32,000 bases of DNA from an uncultured archaeon (lineage in GTDB: Archaea > Asgardarchaeota > Thorarchaeia > Thorarchaeales > Thorarchaeaceae). Positions within the stretch are counted from its first letter, which is position 1. Each line of letters begins with the position of its first letter. Shown one piece after another: positions 1 through 5,934 of the stretch. The notes under the pieces were generated by a model. The model was not told the origin of the DNA. It searched no databases and saw only the letters and a list, made by a program, of their open reading frames with translations. The DNA lies in NCBI GenBank assembly GCA_964354495.1, contig CAYHAA010000003.1, forward strand, positions 28,606 to 60,605. The letters are read 5' to 3'. The position numbers and the translations under genes were made by a program.

Positions 1-92
1 CGCTGCCTGTGGTGAGTAAGGGAAACAGACTAGTCGGTATAATCAGTGCAACTGACTTGACCCGCTTCGTGGCAAACAAGTTTAAGGTGTAG
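1..92 (+). CDS. CBS-domain protein, 3' end (partial)
   Basis: Frame starting at nt 3 reads LPVVSKGNRLVGIISATDLTRFVANKFKV* (TAG 90-92). LPVV...LVGIIS..DL is the CBS motif. Confidence 0.75.
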   Translation, partial: LPVVSKGNRLVGIISATDLTRFVANKFKV

Positions 93-161
93 AGTGCATC
101 TGAATAACGTTGTATATCGTCAGTAGCGAGAACGCACTGACAGAGCCCGCGTGGTCGTCAT

Positions 162-1484
162 ATGACTGTTGATCTGGTTCTCAAAGATGGCATTCTGATA
201 GTGAATGACAGAGAGTCAGTACGGTCTGTGGCGATTGATGAGGGCAAGATAGAGGGTTTCTATAAGCATGGCAAGGAGCCCAAGAGTAGAGTGACTCTTG
301 ACAGCAGAGGGCTCTACGTCCTTCCAGGGCTCATAGACATGCATGTTCACTTACGCGACTTAGATCAGTCAGACAAAGAGGACTACGAGTCAGGCACCAT
401 GGCAGCCGCCGCTGGCGGTGTCACGACAGTTGTCGACATGCCCAACTCGGTTCCTCCTGTTCTATCCAAAGATGTACTAGACAGGAAAATCGAGAGTGCT
501 CTGTCGAAGCGTTATGTGAATATTGGATTCTATGCAGGAATTCCAAAGGACATCAAGAGTTTCGATGCGGCGATGGCACCAGACATTCTTGGATTCAAGG
601 TCTATCCACATTCGCCGCTCACAAAAGGCACTGTCTATGATCGTAAGCGGATACAGGACTGTCTGAAACTTGCAAAGGGCCACAACCTCCCACTCCTCTT
701 TCATCCAGACTCATCGAACAGGGAAGATATCGCGAAGAGCCAAGAGGAGTACTTTCGAATACACAGTTGCGAGAGTGAGGTGAAGTCACTTCAGTCGTTC
801 CTAGACGCGAAGGTCGAATATGAGGCCAGACTGCATGTCTGCCATGTGAGCTGCGCTGCAACAGCCAGATTGATACTTGAGCATCGAGCTGAACAGACCT
901 TGACCGCAGAGGTCACCCCCCATCACATGTTCCTCTCAGGCGGTGACTTTGCACATGATGATGGCCGGGCCAAGATGCTCCCCCCTCTGCGTTCGCCCTA
1001 TGATGCCAAGATGCTCTCCCAAGCGCTCTGCACGAAATATGTGCTTGATTGCGTAGCATCAGACCATGCACCGCACACAGATGCAGAGAAGACAGCACCC
1101 TTCTTGGAGGCAGCAGCAGGCATCCCCGGACTTGAAACCACGTTGCCTCTTGTGCTGACAGAGGTCTTTGAGGGTAGAATGTCATGGATTGACTTCCTCA
1201 GATGTTGCTGTTCGGGACCTGCGGCGGTACTGGGTCTACCGAACAAAGGGATTCTGGCACAAGGATACGACGCAGATATCGTTCTTGTTCGCAGGCAGGA
1301 GTGGCATATCTCAGGGGCAGATTTCTATTCAAAAGCCAAGATCACTCCCTTCGAGGGCAGGCGAGTCCTTGCCCGGCCCGTTAGTACTATTGTTGGCGGA
1401 GAAATCGTCTATCAAGAGGAAGAATTCGTGGGCGGGCCCGGACTAGCAGGACAAGTGCCAGTGCGCAAACTCTATCAACTGTAA
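162..1484 (+). CDS. pyrC: Dihydroorotase (amidohydrolase superfamily, type I)
   Basis: PGLIDMHVHLR, AAAGGVTTVVDMPN, HVCHVS, EVTPHH, SDHAPH and GIPGLET motifs. An allantoinase-like paralog cannot be excluded. Confidence 0.8.
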   Translation: MTVDLVLKDGILIVNDRESVRSVAIDEGKIEGFYKHGKEPKSRVTLDSRGLYVLPGLIDMHVHLRDLDQSDKEDYESGTMAAAAGGVTTVVDMPNSVPPVLSKDVLDRKIESALSKRYVNIGFYAGIPKDIKSFDAAMAPDILGFKVYPHSPLTKGTVYDRKRIQDCLKLAKGHNLPLLFHPDSSNREDIAKSQEEYFRIHSCESEVKSLQSFLDAKVEYEARLHVCHVSCAATARLILEHRAEQTLTAEVTPHHMFLSGGDFAHDDGRAKMLPPLRSPYDAKMLSQALCTKYVLDCVASDHAPHTDAEKTAPFLEAAAGIPGLETTLPLVLTEVFEGRMSWIDFLRCCCSGPAAVLGLPNKGILAQGYDADIVLVRRQEWHISGADFYSKAKITPFEGRRVLARPVSTIVGGEIVYQEEEFVGGPGLAGQVPVRKLYQL

Positions 1485-1529
1485 GACAAATAACCGTGAA
1501 TCGTCCCAGATAACCGGGGCTGAACTCAA

Positions 1530-2159
1530 GTGTCGCATGTGTATTCTGATGAAAACGGTACATACCTCGTGAAGCTGGCAAGACAGACAGTAGATGGGTA
1601 TGTCACTAAGAAGATTAAACCGGAAGTTCCAGATGATGTGCCCAAAGCTCTCACAGCCAAATCGGGCGTGTTTGTGACTCTAAACTCGATCACTGGAGAG
1701 CATGTTGAACTCAGAGGGTGCATCGGGCGGCCCTACCCGACTCAACCACTCGTGGAGGCCACAATAGATTCAGCAGTAGACGCATCTACGAACGATCCCC
1801 GTTTTCCTCCCGTCACACAGAGGGAACTTGATAGCATCTTGGTAGAGCTGAGTATTCTCACCCCGCCGAAGAGGATCAATTGGTCAAAGCCCAAAGAACT
1901 CATGGACTCTGTGAAGATTGGACGTGATGGACTGATTGTATCAAGAGGAATGTGGCGTGGACTGCTACTGCCACAGGTGCCTGTGGAGTGGGGGTGGGAT
2001 ACAAAGCAGTTCCTAGAGCATACATGCAACAAGGCAGGCCTCCCTCTGGATGCTTGGAAGGATACAAAGACAGAGTTCATGTCCTTTCAAGCAGAGATCT
2101 TTGGTGAGGATACTCCCAAGGGAAGAATCCTGAGAGACCCCCAGCATCCGAGATGTTAG
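1530..2159 (+). CDS. AMMECR1-domain protein (TIGR00296-like)
   Basis: GVFVTL...LRGCIG, DPRFPPV...EL..I.VELSILT, GRDGLI, GLLLPQVPVEWGWD..FL...C.KAGL motifs. Confidence 0.92.
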   Translation: MSHVYSDENGTYLVKLARQTVDGYVTKKIKPEVPDDVPKALTAKSGVFVTLNSITGEHVELRGCIGRPYPTQPLVEATIDSAVDASTNDPRFPPVTQRELDSILVELSILTPPKRINWSKPKELMDSVKIGRDGLIVSRGMWRGLLLPQVPVEWGWDTKQFLEHTCNKAGLPLDAWKDTKTEFMSFQAEIFGEDTPKGRILRDPQHPRC

Positions 2160-2172
2160 TTGAGGCGAGTGT

Positions 2173-3030
2173 ATGAGTAGACTTCCTCCTGAGATTATTG
2201 AAACCCTGAAGAGGTATATTGCTGAAGATGTAAGGTCTGGTGATCTCACCACGGAACTGACAATCCCTGCGGACAAGACGGCAATAGCGACAATCTATGC
2301 CAGAGAGGATGCAGTACTGGCAGGAATTGAAGAGATAGCGGCTATTGCAGAGTTTTCGGGACTCACCTATGAGATTCTAGCGTTCGAGGGGAACTGGGTG
2401 AGCCCTCAAGACCCAGTGATGCGGCTCAAGGGAAAGGCCAGGACCCTTCTTACCATCGAACGAGTGTGCCTGAACATCATCCAGCGAATGAGTGGGATAG
2501 CAACAAAGACCTACAAGATGGTGAGCTCCGCGAGAGAGGTGAATCCAAGCATCAGGGTTGCATGCACTCGAAAGACCACCCCAGGATTCCGGTTCTTCGA
2601 AAAACGTGCTGTCATCGTTGGAGGTGGTGACCCGCATCGCTATGCGCTTGATGATATGATCCTCATCAAGAATAACCATATCACTATTGCCGGTGGTGTT
2701 CATGCTGCAGTGACGGCTGCAAGGGAGGCGGTCTCTTTCAGCAAGAAGATATCATGCGAAGCCCGGACCCTGCAGGAAGTGGAGGAGGCTATAGGTGCTG
2801 GTGCAGATATCATCCTCCTAGACAACTTCAAGCCAAAGGATATCGGAGGCGTCATCGAGGTCCTTGAGCACAAGGGGCTCCGTAAGAAGGTCATCCTTGA
2901 GGTCTCCGGTGGAGTCAATGAAGAGAATGTCCGTGATTACGCACGCTACAGAATAGATGTGATCTCTTCAGGCGCCCTCACTCACTCTTATAATGCTGCA
3001 GATTTCAACATGCGTCTGTCGCTGAATTGA
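2173..3030 (+). CDS. nadC: Nicotinate-nucleotide pyrophosphorylase (carboxylating)
   Basis: EDV..GDLTT, ERVCLN..QRMSGIAT, TRKTTPG, HR..L.D.ILIK.NH, ADIILLDNF, LEVSGG motifs. Confidence 0.96.
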   Translation: MSRLPPEIIETLKRYIAEDVRSGDLTTELTIPADKTAIATIYAREDAVLAGIEEIAAIAEFSGLTYEILAFEGNWVSPQDPVMRLKGKARTLLTIERVCLNIIQRMSGIATKTYKMVSSAREVNPSIRVACTRKTTPGFRFFEKRAVIVGGGDPHRYALDDMILIKNNHITIAGGVHAAVTAAREAVSFSKKISCEARTLQEVEEAIGAGADIILLDNFKPKDIGGVIEVLEHKGLRKKVILEVSGGVNEENVRDYARYRIDVISSGALTHSYNAADFNMRLSLN

Positions 3031-3050
3031 TGCTAGTGAAGTAGGAAGGA

Positions 3051-3157
3051 TGGTGCCCCGACCGGGAATTTCAGAGGAATGGTATTCATCGCCTCTTTCG
3101 AACCCGGGTCTCAGGGTCGAAAACCCTAGATGCTGGGCCGAGCTACACCATCGGGGC
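3051..3157 (-). tRNA. tRNA-Glu(TTC) with encoded CCA and a 29-nt intron at position 59/60 (3068-3096)
   Basis: Minus strand: GCCCCGA/TCGGGGC acceptor stem, TAGGG-TTTTCGA-CCCTG anticodon arm, CCGGG/CCCGG T stem. The T loop is interrupted by a strict BHB (central helix TTCG/TGAA, bulges AAA and ATT, outer helix GAGG/CCTC). Cutting at the standard bulge positions restores TTCGAAT. Confidence 0.93.
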
Positions 3158-3186
3158 CGTGTTTTCAGCGAGCTTGGTCATGCAGT

Positions 3187-3192
3187 TATTAA
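3187..3192 (-). promoter_or_regulatory. TATA-like box (TTAATA) of tRNA-Glu
   Basis: TTAATA on the minus strand, 30-35 nt upstream of the tRNA 5' end. The same hexamer lies upstream of the other two tRNAs. Confidence 0.5.
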
Positions 3193-3235
3193 GATTGTGC
3201 AGAGTGCTCTTGCAGCCTGTCCTCGATACTACTCT

Positions 3236-3586
3236 CTACATCGGTCGGGCAATCGCTTTCTCATCCGCCGGGCTCTCTCTCAGGCCTCGTGCCTCGCGTA
3301 GCACCGAACTGGGAGCGCCTCTCTCTGTTGTCGACTCTGTCGTGGGACTGACCTGAAGAAGAAACGACTTGAGATCAGAGTGTGTGGGGACTCCTGAGAT
3401 CTTCTGCATCCCTGCAACAAGAGTGGGGACGACCAGAATTCCGTATGCCTCTGCTATGTGGTGGTGCCTATCCACATCGACCTCGAATACTGTTTCAGGA
3501 ATGCCGAGCTCGCCTGATTCATTATCAAGCATCATCTTGAGAACGTCACACCATGCGCAGTGGTCAGAGGTGAACAACAGAATCAT
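3236..3586 (-). CDS. Thioredoxin-fold protein (CAWC)
   Basis: FTSDHCAWC...VDVD...AEAYGILVVPTLV (CxxC plus cis-Pro motif), with a ~35-aa C-terminal tail. Confidence 0.85.
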   Translation of the reverse strand: MILLFTSDHCAWCDVLKMMLDNESGELGIPETVFEVDVDRHHHIAEAYGILVVPTLVAGMQKISGVPTHSDLKSFLLQVSPTTESTTERGAPSSVLREARGLRESPADEKAIARPM

Positions 3587-3722
3587 AGGAGCAGGTCCCG
3601 GTTCTTTTCTCGTAGTTTCGGTGTATCAATTTAAAGTCGGAGAAATCCTGCATGGACAACGAAGAACAGGCGCACTTCTTAGAAGCGGGATACTCAATAC
3701 GAGAGATACAGAGTTTCTATTC

Positions 3723-3735
3723 GCAACGTTAATAT
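3723..3735 (+). promoter_or_regulatory. BRE/TATA-like element GCAACGTTAATAT upstream of tRNA-Ile2
   Basis: Identical 13-mer at 5648-5660 upstream of tRNA-Asn. Confidence 0.6.
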
Positions 3736-3773
3736 CTAGAATCTAAGGCACAGACATTGGCAAGCACATCCAA

Positions 3774-3879
3774 GGGCCCGTAGCTCAGCTTGGTAGAGCA
3801 GCCGTACATTCAGAACTCCTCTGGTGTGCTGACGCTCATAACCTGCGGGTCTCGAGTTCAAGTCTCGACGGGCCCACCA
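3774..3879 (+). tRNA. tRNA with CAT anticodon, probably tRNA-Ile2 (agmatidine type), with a 29-nt intron at position 30/31 (3805-3833)
   Basis: GGGCCCG/CGGGCCC acceptor stem, A73, CCA, loop CTCATAA. Strict BHB: h GAG/CTC, H CAGC/GCTG, bulges CGT and ACG, h' ACA/TGT. Mature length 77 nt. G1-C72 excludes initiator Met, and the GGGCCC acceptor stem matches archaeal Ile tRNAs. Confidence 0.88.
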
Positions 3880-3979
3880 TTCCATTCAACAGCCAGTTGT
3901 CAGTGACTTCTCCCTATTCACTGACAGCAACTTCCTTATACATCCGAAGAAGTCGAATTTCCCAATTGAGGAGTCGCAC

Positions 3980-4777
3980 ATGCAGCTGTTTTCCGATCCA
4001 ATATCAATGGGATTCATGGCAAGCCTCCTGGCCGGTGGGGCTACGGGTCTAGGAGCTCTACCCATCTTCGTGAAGAAAGACTTCAGTCGAAGAGCGCTTG
4101 ACCTAATGCTCGGCTTTGCTGGTGGAGTCATGCTTGCAGCCTCAGCATTCAGTCTGCTTGTTCCAGCCTTTGAAGACGCTGGAGTGGTAGCAACTGGTTG
4201 GGTCGGTGTGTTCTCTATCGTTGGTATGGGATTCTTGCTCGGAGCAGGATTCGTTCACCTCGCTGACAAGTACATGCCTCATGAGCATTTCAAGAGAGGG
4301 CATGAGGGGCCCTCGTCGAGGCTGGCCAGGGTCTGGCTTCTTGTGATTGCAATAACGATACACAATCTCCCTGAGGGGCTTGCCGTGGGTGTGTCCTTTG
4401 GAGGCGGGCACACAGCCATAGGCCTCTCTGTGGCTGTCGCCATAGGGTTACAGAACATCCCAGAGGGACTGGCTGTCGCTGCTCCGCTGGTCCGCGAGGG
4501 CTATTCGAGAAAGTATGCAGCTGCTCTTGCTCTTGCTACCGGCCTGGTAGAACCAATCGGCGGCCTGATTGGAATCTCCGTTGTGACATTTGCCTTGACC
4601 CTATTACCCTATGGACTCGCGTTCGCAGCTGGTGCAATGATATTCGTCGTCGGAGATGAGATGGTTCCGGAGAGCCATTCCGGTGGGAATGAACGGCTGG
4701 CTACGTGGGGACTGATAGCCGGGTTCATCGTCATGATGTCTCTTGATAATGTGTTCATATTCATCTTTGGGGGATAG
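3980..4777 (+). CDS. ZIP family metal transporter (ZupT/GufA-like)
   Basis: GFAGGVMLAAS.FSLL.PA, HNLPEGLAVGV, LQNIPEGLAVA, FAAGAMIFVV.DEM.PESH motifs. Confidence 0.95.
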   Translation: MQLFSDPISMGFMASLLAGGATGLGALPIFVKKDFSRRALDLMLGFAGGVMLAASAFSLLVPAFEDAGVVATGWVGVFSIVGMGFLLGAGFVHLADKYMPHEHFKRGHEGPSSRLARVWLLVIAITIHNLPEGLAVGVSFGGGHTAIGLSVAVAIGLQNIPEGLAVAAPLVREGYSRKYAAALALATGLVEPIGGLIGISVVTFALTLLPYGLAFAAGAMIFVVGDEMVPESHSGGNERLATWGLIAGFIVMMSLDNVFIFIFGG

Positions 4778-4828
4778 ACATCCACAGTCAGTAAGGCCGT
4801 TCTGGCTCTGATCTCGTGAAGAGAGCCC

Positions 4829-5569
4829 TCACGCCTTGTTCTGCATCTCGACTTCTTTTCTCCACGCCAGTCGTTTCCCGATGTGACTCCGTAGTCTCCA
4901 TTTCACGGACTTGGGATGGGATGCAATTGCCTCTCTTATCAGCATGAGTCTCTTTAGTACCTCTTGTGCGATCTCTTCTTTTAGATGATACTGTCTCATG
5001 AAATCTGCACAGGCATCAAGAGTTGTCATGGCGTCTTGATAGAGACCCCAACTCCTGGCGCACAACGCTCCAATATACCTGATATTGATGGTCTCTGGGG
5101 CATCCTCCTCTCCAAGAGGAAGGTCTTTCACGACTGTGATGATGTCTCTGTAGTCTTTCTCATTCATCTTCGTGATGATGAGCTTGGTCACCAGGATGTC
5201 ACTCACTGAAATTGTGTTCTTCTCGATATCAAGTCGGTCTCTCAGGTCAATATCGTGCTCCATTCGGAGGTGGTCCAGAAAGACATCAACATGGTCGTCT
5301 GAACCAGGCTTCTCAAATAGAAGGCGAGTCCCCCCAGAGGTGAATCTGAATTGTGTATTCTCACGATAGCCGAGGTCTTGGATGGTCTCGATTATGGCAG
5401 ATGATTGCTGTGAAAGACCCACACAATCAATGTCCCCATGGTCACGCTCACAGAACTCGAACTGCTTACAGTGTTGTCTGACTGCTAGGCCCCCTGCTAG
5501 CCTGAGCACGACTCCTCGCGCTCTCGCTTTGTCTATGATGCGCATGGACTCGACAACTGTGTTTTCCAT
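4829..5569 (-). CDS. Uncharacterised nucleotidyltransferase-fold protein
   Basis: RLAGGLAV...RDHGDIDCV (GG.A...D.D NTase signature), plus VDVFLD and KLII...NEKDYRDI. The start was moved to ATG 5569, which has GAGGCG upstream. Confidence 0.65.
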   Translation of the reverse strand: MENTVVESMRIIDKARARGVVLRLAGGLAVRQHCKQFEFCERDHGDIDCVGLSQQSSAIIETIQDLGYRENTQFRFTSGGTRLLFEKPGSDDHVDVFLDHLRMEHDIDLRDRLDIEKNTISVSDILVTKLIITKMNEKDYRDIITVVKDLPLGEEDAPETINIRYIGALCARSWGLYQDAMTTLDACADFMRQYHLKEEIAQEVLKRLMLIREAIASHPKSVKWRLRSHIGKRLAWRKEVEMQNKA

Positions 5570-5647
5570 CTGTTCGCCTCGAATATCAAATAGCAGCACG
5601 GCAACATATACACTTGGTAATGTGCATAGAGCCGGAACGGCAAGACA

Positions 5648-5660
5648 GCAACGTTAATAT
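5648..5660 (+). promoter_or_regulatory. BRE/TATA-like element GCAACGTTAATAT upstream of tRNA-Asn
   Basis: Ends 28 nt before the tRNA 5' end; identical to 3723-3735. Confidence 0.65.
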
Positions 5661-5687
5661 TGCTCTCACCGCCGACTCCCTACTCAA

Positions 5688-5908
5688 GCCATCGTGGCTC
5701 AGCTAGGTAGGCGACCTGCAGAGGTCGGCCTAAAGCGACAACATATTGGGCTTGTCCCAGTAGGTCGCTCCAGCCTGTTATCTTTCGATCAGGTGATCGG
5801 GAGCCAGACAGTTGTAATGCATCACGTTTCGTGGTGCGTGGCGAATGGTCGGAGGTTCGAGCGTTGACCTGCGTGCCAGGTCGACAGACAACCCTCCCGA
5901 TGGCGCCA
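5688..5908 (+). tRNA. tRNA-Asn(GTT) with five introns: 5711-5733 (22/23), 5740-5771 (28/29), 5781-5809 (37/38), 5816-5845 (43/44), 5862-5891 (59/60)
   Basis: Joined exons give GCCATCG TG GCTC AGCTAGGTA GAGC G ACAGC CTGTTAA GTTGT TGGTC GGAGG TTCGAGC CCTCC CGATGGC G CCA = 77 nt. All four stems pair, and the anticodon GTT and discriminator G73 fit Asn. Each removed segment is a hairpin with BHB spacing. Confidence 0.9.
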
Positions 5909-5934
5909 TTTGTATAAATGATTGTTTTACTAAA

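Noticed and set aside
3050-3356. Small plus-strand ORFs (83 aa and 65 aa)
   Set aside because: They overlap tRNA-Glu and the thioredoxin gene in antisense; spurious.
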